64,000 nt of DNA from Candidatus Latescibacterota bacterium (GTDB lineage: Bacteria > Latescibacterota > UBA2968), in NCBI GenBank assembly GCA_965204375.1, contig OZ241986.1, positions 3,488,001-3,552,000 on the forward strand. The letters are read 5' to 3'. The translations under genes were made by a program, and so were the position numbers. This document shows positions 30,476-38,456 of this stretch, one piece after another (the first letter of the stretch is position 1; each line of letters starts with the position of its first letter). The notes under the pieces are model-generated. The model was given only the letters and a program-made list of their open reading frames with translations, had not been told where the DNA came from and made no database searches.

Positions 30476-30560
30476 ATGATTTTAGAAGTTGCAATATTGG
30501 GTGAAGCCAGGGCGTGAGCAGGAATTTGAAACTGCTTTTGGCAAGGCGCAAAAAATTATA
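30476..30560 (+). pseudogene. Frameshifted 5-prime remnant of an antibiotic-biosynthesis-monooxygenase (ABM) gene
   Basis: MILEVAIL / VKPGREQEFETAFGKAQKII across a frameshift; AAAGGA RBS. Confidence 0.7.
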
Positions 30561-30579
30561 TGGCGTAAGGAGAAAGATC

Positions 30580-31824
30580 ATGTATTCAAGATTCATTATG
30601 AGAACTCTGGGGAGTTTTTCAATTCTCTTTTTTTGTAATACACAAAATATAATGGGGAGTGAGTTGAATATCGCGGCGCAGATGGGAGATAGCACGAAAG
30701 TAAAAAACTTACTAAAAAAAGGCGTAGATATAAATGAACGAGATAACTTCGGACGAACAGCCCTCATCTATGCGGCTCTGAATGGCCATAATCGCATCAT
30801 AAACATTCTACTTGAATCTCATGCTGATATTCATGCCAAAGATCATTTCGAGCAAACAGCATTCATTGCAGCAGTCAATAGAGGACATGTGAACACCGCT
30901 GAAATTTTGCTCAAAAATGGGGCTAATTCATCGGCTCCCAATGGTGAGGGTGTACCTCCTGTACTTATAGCCCTGGGACGGGAAGACTTCGAAATGGTAG
31001 ATTTATTATTAAAGCATGGAATCGAAATCAATAGCATAGACGAAAGAGGAAGGACAGTTCTTCAGAGAATTATTGAATCAAATGACACAGAACTCGTGCA
31101 AACAGTTTTGAGACGCGGTGTAGATGAGAGATATATCGTACATCTGGCTGCTGGCGTGGGCGACACAACATTGTTAAAGACATTGTTAAAAAATAAAATA
31201 AATATCAATCAAAGGGATGCATTGAGAAGAACGCCTCTGCTATTCGCGCTATTATATGACCGCACGCAATGTGCTAAAATGCTATTGGACCAGGGTGCAG
31301 ACTTTTCGCTTAGCGAAATCAATATTATATACGAAAATGAAAGAACAGTTCTTCAGAAGATTATTGAATCAAATGATGCAGAACTCGTGCGAACAATCTT
31401 GAGACGTGGTGTAGATGAGAGATATATCTTACATTTGGCGGCTGGCGTGGGTGACACAACATTATTAAAGACACTGTTAAAAAACAAAATCGATATCAAT
31501 CAAAGGGATGCATTGAGAAGAACGCCTCTGCTATTTGCGCTATTATATGACCACACCCAATGTGCTGAAATGCTATTGGACCAGGGCGCAGACTACTTTT
31601 CGCTTGCCAATGATCAGGGCAAAACCCTACTCATGGTAGCTGCCGAACGAAGAAATATCGAAGGCTTGAAACTCCTTCTGGGTGCAGGAGCAAATATATT
31701 CGCACAAGACAATCGGGGTTGGACTGCTTTAACATACGCAGCATTTGGTAATCGTAACAGACAGAACCGGGATAAGTGCATAGAACTACTCAAATCCGTT
31801 ATGGAGGATAGAAGGATCAGGTAG
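30580..31824 (+). CDS. Ankyrin-repeat protein
   Basis: GRTALIYAA, HLAAGVGD..LL, GWTALTYAA repeats; start moved to ATG 30580 (AAGGAG RBS). Confidence 0.92.
   Translation: MYSRFIMRTLGSFSILFFCNTQNIMGSELNIAAQMGDSTKVKNLLKKGVDINERDNFGRTALIYAALNGHNRIINILLESHADIHAKDHFEQTAFIAAVNRGHVNTAEILLKNGANSSAPNGEGVPPVLIALGREDFEMVDLLLKHGIEINSIDERGRTVLQRIIESNDTELVQTVLRRGVDERYIVHLAAGVGDTTLLKTLLKNKININQRDALRRTPLLFALLYDRTQCAKMLLDQGADFSLSEINIIYENERTVLQKIIESNDAELVRTILRRGVDERYILHLAAGVGDTTLLKTLLKNKIDINQRDALRRTPLLFALLYDHTQCAEMLLDQGADYFSLANDQGKTLLMVAAERRNIEGLKLLLGAGANIFAQDNRGWTALTYAAFGNRNRQNRDKCIELLKSVMEDRRIR
31024..31605 (+). repeat. Intragenic tandem duplication, period 291 bp (97 aa)
   Basis: GAAATCAAT.. at 31024 and 31315; near-identical RTVLQ..LLDQGAD blocks. 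Confidence 0.9.
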
Positions 31825-31935
31825 GTGAACTCACTCAGATATGTGCAATGGTGGTGATCAATGACTGACATATCAAACCAGATAATGATAAGAACCATCA
31901 AAGCAGAAGGTCTGGAAGATTGTGCGCGTCTATAC

Positions 31936-32077
31936 GTCAACGACCACCGCCCGAGGCGGTGGCTTGTCCCTGACACCTCTCCTTGTGCAATACCCACTTG
32001 TTGGAGAGAAACGCAAATATCCGAGCAAGGGCATAGAAAGCCACTCTTGCGTATGTCGGGACTTCAGGGCAGTTGAC
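31936..32077 (-). ncRNA. Candidate OMEGA/reRNA scaffold
   Basis: Closed by a long-range GTCAAC/GTTGAC pair; internal stems CTCTCC/GGAGAG, ACGCAA/TTGCGT, CCCTGA/TCAGGG; strand uncertain. Confidence 0.55.
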
Positions 32078-32385
32078 AGCAGCGGGTTGCGACCGCAGGT
32101 TTGGGTGGTATGCCCCCTAACTGTGCCCCTCGAATCTGTCCAGTGCAAGACAGCAACCCATTGCACCGCACACCAGATAGACCCGCCTCTCCACTAACGT
32201 CACCAGAGAGGAGAAAAGACCTGTGTCCCACCGCCGAAACCGTTTGCTCCTCTACGAGAGTGCCTTTGGATGGACTATGACAAAAGTCTCTGAAATAATA
32301 CTCATACATCAGTAATGCTACAACCAAAAAACGGCACAGCCGATTGCCTCTTACCACGCCCAAAGGATGTGGCTTCCACTAACGA
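31936..32385 (-). mobile_element. Non-autonomous IS200/IS605 element (PATE-like) with no protein gene, retaining a probable guide-RNA scaffold
   Basis: Minus strand: target TCAC | left end with GAAG + hairpin CCACATCCTTTGGGCGTGG ... right end CAAG + hairpin CCACCGCCTCGGGCGGTGG + TTGAC; no TSD; exact excision restores the GNAT frame. Confidence 0.88.
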
Positions 32386-32838
32386 GTGAAGGTCTTCTTC
32401 GAATGGCCGTACGAGGAATCGTGGAATATTACCCAGGCTCACCACTACCTCAGCCGATTCTGTGAGTTTGATCCCGAGCATTGCCTCCTCGCCCTCGACA
32501 AAAATAAGGTAATTGGCGCGATGTTCGGATACTGCTATCCCTGGCAAGACCGAATCAACTACTACATGCAAGAACTTTTTGTCGATCCCGATCAAAGGCG
32601 GTCAGGCCACGGACGAAGACTGGTGCGTCATCTGCTCGACAAACTCGGAGAATCGGACGTATCCATGTCCCTGATCGCCAATGAGGCAACGCCAGCAGCC
32701 GCATTCTACGAGGAACTTGGACTGCGGCAGCACAGATACTACAAATTTTATTGCGGTACCATAAAACCGGGGGATTATGTAGTTGAGTAGCATGATCGCT
32801 CCTCCTTTCAGTTTCAATTTAGAAAATATGAATATTCA

Positions 32839-32867
32839 TTGACATTGTAAAAGGGATTCGATAGATT
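32839..32867 (+). promoter_or_regulatory. sigma70 promoter for the first IS passenger gene
   Basis: TTGACA-N17-TAGATT. Confidence 0.7.
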
Positions 32868-32975
32868 ATCAGCATCTGTCAAATTACTGATATTTTTGTC
32901 TTACATTACGAATATACGTTTTAGCCCTGACGGACAAACTCACGGAAGCCCTGACGGCATCCAAAGGAGAGTTCC

Positions 32976-33431
32976 ATGGATATACAGAGACTCATTAAAG
33001 AAGAGTACAAGGAGCATGAACCTTTCTATTGCAAGGAACACGCTTTGGCAATATCGAAAAGGAACGTACTCGAAAGAATTGTGCGCGAGCGTTCTGGAGA
33101 GCCTGAGGTAGTCCCCTCGATCTGGGATAACAAGCGGGCACCTACTCCGATTGTGGTGCCAGGGGGATCTGGTGGCGAAGCCATAGGTGTTGCTTTAGTC
33201 GCTTTGCTCATCGGCGGCGGCTATGCGCTATACAAATGGCTATCCAGTGACGATGCCCAAACGTCGTCCAATGACACTTCTGGCAACTCTGGTGCCCCTT
33301 CTGTGAATGAGCAACTCAACCGCATCGAGGAAAGGCTCGACGGACTCGACGCGAAACACGCCGACATTGAAAGGGCGCAAGATAGAGCGAAAGCCATCCT
33401 GGACCGCCTTAAAGTTCCCGAAGCGGCTTAA
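32976..33431 (+). CDS. Hypothetical single-TM, coiled-coil protein (IS passenger)
   Basis: AAAGGAG RBS; TM segment IGVALVALLIGGGYALYKWL; heptad-like C-terminus. Confidence 0.7.
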   Translation: MDIQRLIKEEYKEHEPFYCKEHALAISKRNVLERIVRERSGEPEVVPSIWDNKRAPTPIVVPGGSGGEAIGVALVALLIGGGYALYKWLSSDDAQTSSNDTSGNSGAPSVNEQLNRIEERLDGLDAKHADIERAQDRAKAILDRLKVPEAA

Positions 33432-33600
33432 CCATATTACATGAAAAAAGCCCTGGCGGTATCGAGTCAAACTGCTGATAGCATTAGAGCATTCAAGTTT
33501 GTCCGTCAGGGCCATGAGAGCTAATTTCCTGTCATAATTTTATGCCAGAAAAAGGGAGATTTCGCAACTAAAATACTGCCCACTTGGGCAGTAAAAACAC

Positions 33601-33785
33601 TTGCATTTCAGAGGTTACGATGTTATCTTTATATCAAATCGTAACCCCTTATTTTTTGGGTAGATATAAAAAGGGCGAGACCTATGTTCGCGCATAGGTC
33701 TCGCCCGACTGCCCTCCATCAAGCTAAACAAAGTGACATTGCCTTAGCTTGAACAAAAAATAACGGGTAGCCACACAAATTGCAA
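33601..33785. promoter_or_regulatory. Transposase leader with sense promoter, dyad, hairpins and antisense promoter
   Basis: Plus strand TTGCAT-N17-TATCTT at 33601; dyad GGTTACGAT..ATCGTAACC; 14-bp stem 33673-33706; minus strand TTGCAA-N17-TATTTT at 33785-33757. Confidence 0.6.
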
Positions 33786-33804
33786 GAGAAAAGTGAGGTG
33801 TGCT

Positions 33805-34770
33805 ATGGCTACCAATGCCCCTGGCATGCATTTCCGTGAGGGCATGTCTCTGATTCAGTTGTTCCAGATGTTTCCTGATGATGAGGCTGCCGAGAAGTGG
33901 TTTGTTCACACGCGCTGGCCGGATGGGATGGCCTGTCCGCACTGTGGGAGTACGAATGTCAACGAAAAGGCCACACACCCTACGATGTCCTTCAGATGCC
34001 GAGAATGTGTCAAATACTTCTCGCCAAAGACGGGCACCATCATGGCACGATCTAAGCTCGGATACCAGATATGGCTTATTGCCATCTATCTCTACACCAC
34101 ACACCTTAAAGGCGTGTCCTCTATGAAGCTACACAGAGACCTCGACATCACACAGAGAACCGCCTGGTTCTTACTCCATCGCATCAGGCACGCCATGTCT
34201 GAGGAGGAACAGACCCTCTTTGAGGGCACAGTAGAAGTCGATGAGACGTATATCGGTGGGAAGGAAGGGAACAAACACGCCAAAGACAAACTGCGTACTG
34301 GCAGAGGCACAGCAGGCAAAGTCCCTGTGGCCGGTGTCAAGAACAGAGACACAAAGCAAGTGCAGGCAATCGTGATCGACGAGGCCGATGAGGACACGTT
34401 GAAAGTGTTTATTGAGGATACTGTGGCGCGTGGGGCCACTGTCTATACGGACGGCTCACACGTCTATAACAGTCTGGAGGGGTATGAACACGAAAAGGTG
34501 ATTCACTCGCGGGGCGAATACGTCCGGGGGGATGTGTGGACAAACGGCATCGAATCATTCTGGTCAGGGATCAAACGCGGCATTATGGGCGTGTACCACA
34601 AGATCAGCCCAAAGCACCTGTGGCGATATGTCACAGAGTTTGTGGCACGCCAGAACATGCGGATGCGAGACACCATCGACCAGATGACGCTCATTGTGCG
34701 GAGGTTCGAGGGAAAACGGCTAAGGTATGCAGACTTGACGGCACTGTATCCATCGCTGGAATTACGTTGA
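33805..34770 (+). CDS. IS1595-family DDE transposase
   Basis: RWPDG.CPHCGS..CREC zinc ribbon; VEVDETYIGG, VYTDG, TNGIESFW; GAGGTG RBS. Confidence 0.95.
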   Translation: MATNAPGMHFREGMSLIQLFQMFPDDEAAEKWFVHTRWPDGMACPHCGSTNVNEKATHPTMSFRCRECVKYFSPKTGTIMARSKLGYQIWLIAIYLYTTHLKGVSSMKLHRDLDITQRTAWFLLHRIRHAMSEEEQTLFEGTVEVDETYIGGKEGNKHAKDKLRTGRGTAGKVPVAGVKNRDTKQVQAIVIDEADEDTLKVFIEDTVARGATVYTDGSHVYNSLEGYEHEKVIHSRGEYVRGDVWTNGIESFWSGIKRGIMGVYHKISPKHLWRYVTEFVARQNMRMRDTIDQMTLIVRRFEGKRLRYADLTALYPSLELR

Positions 34771-34917
34771 CAGGCACGGCGATATGATGTATAACTAAAC
34801 TGTGCAGAACGCACAAATGGAAATGACTCACCCCGTAGAAGGTGAGCCATTCCAAACACTAAAATTCATCGCCGACAGATGATGCCTAAACTTACATCAC
34901 TTGGGGGCATCTGTCAA
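34767..34917. promoter_or_regulatory. Convergent promoters around a hairpin in the leader of small passenger ORFs
   Basis: Plus strand TTGACA-N17-TATAAC (34767-34795); hairpin 34818-34854; minus strand TTGACA-N17-TAAGTT (34917-34889). Confidence 0.6.
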
Positions 34918-34936
34918 GGCGGAAAGGAAGCATGCT

Positions 34937-35110
34937 ATGCCCTTCAATAAAGAAGAAGCCTTGCAGGAGATGGAGGCAGAGCGGGTAGCATTAGAGGTCT
35001 ATCTGCGCCGGAACGGAGAGACGCCACAATCCATCCAACGGCGCATACCGAAGGCGCCACCACCCATAGAATCAAAGCCGATCATGCCGACAGTGCCACC
35101 ACCCATTTGA
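34937..35110 (+). CDS. Small Pro-rich hypothetical protein (IS passenger)
   Basis: 57 aa; AAAGGAAG RBS; downstream of a strong promoter match. Confidence 0.55.
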   Translation: MPFNKEEALQEMEAERVALEVYLRRNGETPQSIQRRIPKAPPPIESKPIMPTVPPPI

Positions 35111-35123
35111 ACGGAGGGTAGTC

Positions 35124-35333
35124 ATGAATCAGCCAGTACTTATTGAACCTGAGAGTGTAGTAGTGGACCGTAGCCCTATGCCAATTCCTCGTCCGGTGAC
35201 ACTTGCTATTCATTATCGCACCTCAGATGGTGCATTGTCTGTCATAGTGTTCGGATTGACCGTACCACAGGCAGATAAATTGGAGTCGGATTTACGTCTA
35301 AAGAGGGGAGAAGCCTCAACATCAGGAATATGA
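35124..35333 (+). CDS. Small hypothetical protein (IS passenger)
   Basis: 69 aa; GGAGG RBS; in tandem with the previous ORF. Confidence 0.55.
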   Translation: MNQPVLIEPESVVVDRSPMPIPRPVTLAIHYRTSDGALSVIVFGLTVPQADKLESDLRLKRGEASTSGI

Positions 35334-35440
35334 AGCATAAACATACATCCATCTGGTATCTCTAACGACGCCTGAAACTTCGCCATTTCTTCCCAGTTTA
35401 TTTCGTAATCGCTGGCTTTTTGCTGTTCTGAAGTAGCCAT
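35213..35440 (-). CDS. Small hypothetical protein (IS passenger), overlapping 35124-35333 in antisense
   Basis: Strong RBS AAGGAGGTG before the ATG; no recognisable motif. Confidence 0.4.
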   Translation of the reverse strand: MATSEQQKASDYEINWEEMAKFQASLEIPDGCMFMLHIPDVEASPLFRRKSDSNLSACGTVNPNTMTDNAPSEVR

Positions 35441-35486
35441 CTCTCTCACCTCCTTCTGAGATTAAAATATCAGGTTGGAAAATCAC

Positions 35487-36104
35487 ATGCAAATATACAC
35501 CCCAGGTGGATTGACAATCAAGTTACATGCAGACCGGGTTGAGCGTGTATTAAAACCTGTCCGTCATCTCATAAACATCGAAGATGCTTTCGTTGATATT
35601 CAATTATGGGCAAACTTCCCCGGTAATATGTTGTCAATTTTAGCTATTATTACTGCTCTAACCACACAGTCATGGACTTCGGTATTGATTGTGGGTGTTC
35701 TTGGCTTTGTTTTGGTCGATCTCTACCAACAATTTTTTTACTCACGTTTTCTCAAGGTGTTATTTCCTTTTGTATTAGGGGCGTTCTACGTCACACTGCC
35801 AGCCTCATTGATCACCATTTATATTTTATATCAAGAAGGTGCTATTATAGCTGGAATCACTCAGTTTGTTATGGTTCTTATGGACATTACAGGCATTGCC
35901 GATTTGATTTTATTTTTTTCTACGCCTATTAGGTTTTCTGTCCGATGCCTCTTTGGCAAAAGAGCAAAGGAAGGTGCGATTGAAGAGGCCTTTATTAAAA
36001 TCTTGAATCACAAAGCAAGACAAGTTGGCGTAATTCTCGATTGGCAAAGCTACAATCGCCGAGAAACTGATACCTCTTTCTTTTTTGGGGATCATGTGAG
36101 ATAA
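35487..36104 (+). CDS. Hypothetical multi-TM membrane protein (IS passenger)
   Basis: About 205 aa with several hydrophobic segments; AT-rich. Confidence 0.7.
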   Translation: MQIYTPGGLTIKLHADRVERVLKPVRHLINIEDAFVDIQLWANFPGNMLSILAIITALTTQSWTSVLIVGVLGFVLVDLYQQFFYSRFLKVLFPFVLGAFYVTLPASLITIYILYQEGAIIAGITQFVMVLMDITGIADLILFFSTPIRFSVRCLFGKRAKEGAIEEAFIKILNHKARQVGVILDWQSYNRRETDTSFFFGDHVR

Positions 36105-36199
36105 TGCTGCCAGCACACGCATCACTTGCCTCCTTTCGCTCTGCTACTCAGCTACATAATCCCCTAAAACCGGACGTGGAATAGTCTATCTTACAAGCC

Positions 36200-36676
36200 A
36201 TGCAAATCGAGAATATCAAGCACCACCTCGACGCCATTGACACGCTATCACAGGCGCAATTTGAACTGTGGGGACCTCTTACAGGTCGAAACACACTAAA
36301 AGAATATCGCGAGTTACTCCACTTCGCCGCCGAATCCGAGAGCCTGCCAACCACGCTCGTTGCCGTAGAAAACGCAACCGTCCTCGGCTCTGTAAACGTA
36401 CTCGAAAACGATCTGCTACTCCGTCCTGATATTGCGCCCTGGTTAGCGCAATTATTTGTATTTCCAAATTTCCGACGCCGGGGTGCAGGTGCATTGCTAA
36501 TTGCGGGTGCGATTGCAGAGGCGCGAAAGCTGAACAGACCAATACTCTATCTGTACACGTCTGGAACGCTACCGAGTTATTACGAAAAACTCGGATGGTC
36601 TCGCATGGGAGAGATCGCGTACCTGGGCAAGCGCAGAGTGATAATGGCCTACGAAATCGATTTAAAAATAAAATAG
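36200..36676 (+). CDS. GNAT N-acetyltransferase
   Basis: PWLAQLFVFPNFRRRGAG..LYLYT..YYEKLGW. Confidence 0.9.
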   Translation: MQIENIKHHLDAIDTLSQAQFELWGPLTGRNTLKEYRELLHFAAESESLPTTLVAVENATVLGSVNVLENDLLLRPDIAPWLAQLFVFPNFRRRGAGALLIAGAIAEARKLNRPILYLYTSGTLPSYYEKLGWSRMGEIAYLGKRRVIMAYEIDLKIK

Positions 36677-36808
36677 GCGCGATTACTGTGAAATAGATGA
36701 AGGGATGGCTTCTTCTTGATTTATGCACACCCCTCAGTTATATGATTGTTTTTTAACAAATTTAATCTATATTTCTTTATACAAACAATGGGATCCTGGA
36801 GAAAGCAC

Positions 36809-36991
36809 ATGATAGAAAAAGTCGTTCGAAAGCGAAACCTGACAACGCATTCCCAGGCAAAAGAAGATCTGGCCTACTGGCTGAGTCGGCCCGCAGAAGA
36901 GCGGGTTTTAGCCGTAGAATATCTCAGGCGACAACACCATGGAAGTACAGGAAGACTTCAAAGAGTTGCTCGCGTTATTAAACGCGCATGA
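36809..36991 (+). CDS. Small protein partnered with nucleotidyltransferase
   Basis: DLAYWLSRPAEERVLAVEYLR..RLQRV; overlaps the next gene. Confidence 0.7.
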   Translation: MIEKVVRKRNLTTHSQAKEDLAYWLSRPAEERVLAVEYLRRQHHGSTGRLQRVARVIKRA

Positions 36992-37388
36992 TGTCGAATA
37001 TGTGATCGTGGGTGCGTATGCGCTTTCACATCATGGTGTACCGCGATACACTGGGGATCTGGACATTTTGATTCGGGCAGAAACCGAAAATGCGCGACGA
37101 ATTTTAGATGCTCTATTAGAATTTGGATTCGGAAATCTGGAATTGACATTGACAGACTTTACCATGCCCAATCATGTCATTCAACTTGGATATCCTCCCG
37201 TGCGTGTTGATCTAATTACGTCAATTACAGGTGTTTCATGGGAAGAAGTAGCAAAAAATAAGGAAACGGGAATATATGGCGGCATTGAGGTCTTTTATAT
37301 TGGACGACCTCAACTGGTGAAAAACAAACGTCTTACTGGTCGCCAAAAGGATTTGGCCGATCTGGAGGCATTGGAAGAAAACGAGTAA
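36939..37388 (+). CDS. Nucleotidyltransferase (DUF6036/MNT-like)
   Basis: YVIVGAYAL.HHG.PRYTGDLDI; NKRLTGRQKDLADLEAL. Confidence 0.85.
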   Translation: MEVQEDFKELLALLNAHDVEYVIVGAYALSHHGVPRYTGDLDILIRAETENARRILDALLEFGFGNLELTLTDFTMPNHVIQLGYPPVRVDLITSITGVSWEEVAKNKETGIYGGIEVFYIGRPQLVKNKRLTGRQKDLADLEALEENE

Positions 37389-37418
37389 AAATCGCCGATA
37401 TATTGTTCCTATTATATG

Positions 37419-37453
37419 AAAAAGCCTTACAGATCATTCTGTAAGGCTTTTTT
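37419..37453. terminator. Bidirectional intrinsic terminator
   Basis: AAAAAGCCTTACAGA..TCTGTAAGGCTTTTTT. Confidence 0.85.
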
Positions 37454-37563
37454 GCGGCATTAATCTTTACCCACCCCTCCCGTGTAATACAGAAACCCTT
37501 TGGTAGATAGAACTGTCAAATGATAAATCTCCGTTGTAAGACGCTATCTATCAGGGAGTATTC

Positions 37564-37908
37564 ATGACCATCATACGATACCCGGGAAAAGCGGTTGGTC
37601 GCAGTGAATCCGTCGAACACAATGGCATCCTCTATACAGCCGTCATTGCGCCGGACTTATCTGCAGACTTCAAGAGCCAGACCCGGCAAGCGCTCGAACA
37701 GTTAGACACAAACCTCGCTGAGGCAGAAACCGATAGAACCTGTCTCCTCTCCGTCACAATCTATATCACAGATATGTCAAAGAAACCCATCCTGAACGAA
37801 ATTTGGGACGCCTGGATCGGTCCCTACAATTGGCCCCAGCGCGCCTGTATAGAAGCCAGGCTCGAAGGAAATACACTTGTAGAGATAGTCGCAATTGCTG
37901 CGAAATAA
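37564..37908 (+). CDS. RidA/YjgF/UK114-family protein
   Basis: QTRQAL..LLSVTIYITDM..NEIWDAW..PQRACIEA..LVEI. Confidence 0.9.
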   Translation: MTIIRYPGKAVGRSESVEHNGILYTAVIAPDLSADFKSQTRQALEQLDTNLAEAETDRTCLLSVTIYITDMSKKPILNEIWDAWIGPYNWPQRACIEARLEGNTLVEIVAIAAK

Positions 37909-37923
37909 CATCAAACAGAAGGA

Positions 37924-38424
37924 ATGATCATAATGGACACACACATCAGAGTCAGCACAAAAGCTCTCATACTTCGAGACGACGCCATTCTGCTCGTGGA
38001 ATACGATGACGAATCGGGACTTCACTACAACATGCCGGGAGGCGGTGTTGAACCGGATGAGACTCTGGAAGAGGCACTTAAAAGAGAGATAAAAGAAGAG
38101 ACCTGCGCTGAAGCCGAAGTAGGTCGGCCGCTCATCATTACGGAATACGAGCCAAAAAGAAATGCATTCTGGGGAGGAACGCGTCACTCACTTACAGTGA
38201 TCTTCGAGTGCAAGCTCACAGGTGATACAGAACCCCGGATGCCACAAAAACCAGACCCCAATCAGACAGCGGTCAAATGGATTCCCCTCGTTGATCTGGA
38301 AAAAGTGGAATTGCTCCCACACGTCACAGATCACATTCTGGCCTACGCGAACAAACAGGAAAACCACTACCCAATCTATCTCTGCGAACCCATAAACCCC
38401 GATAAAGTGCAGAAGTATCTTTGA
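37924..38424 (+). CDS. NUDIX hydrolase
   Basis: PGGGVEPDETLEEALKREIKEET. Confidence 0.9.
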   Translation: MIIMDTHIRVSTKALILRDDAILLVEYDDESGLHYNMPGGGVEPDETLEEALKREIKEETCAEAEVGRPLIITEYEPKRNAFWGGTRHSLTVIFECKLTGDTEPRMPQKPDPNQTAVKWIPLVDLEKVELLPHVTDHILAYANKQENHYPIYLCEPINPDKVQKYL

Positions 38425-38456
38425 TGCACTCGGAAAACAAAAGAACGGTTTAGACC

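Larger units (their letters stand above)
31861..32790 (+). pseudogene. GNAT acetyltransferase interrupted by a 450-bp element, with its 3-prime end displaced by IS1595
   Basis: Joining 31861-31935 + 32386-32769 + 36173-36184 gives a 156-aa ORF ..CARLY|VKVFFEWP..QELFVDPDQRRSGHG..TIKP|DVE*. Confidence 0.88.
32770..36164 (+). mobile_element. IS1595-family transporter IS (3395 bp) with passenger genes
   Basis: 23-bp TIRs GGGGATTATGTAG(T/C)TGAGTAGCA (32770-32792, 36142-36164; 1 mismatch); 8-bp TSD TAAAACCG (32762-32769, 36165-36172). Confidence 0.95.

Noticed and set aside
31936-32385. Group I intron / IStron or in-frame insertion interpretation (length is a multiple of 3)
   Set aside because: There is an in-frame stop at 32074-32076. 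No junction register gives both exon-terminal U and intron-terminal G, and no P7 core was recognised. IS605-type ends explain it.
32887-35473. Imperfect inverted repeat CTGATATTTT.. as IS1595 ends
   Set aside because: Only 14/17 match with no TSD; the true TIRs with TSD are at 32770 and 36164.
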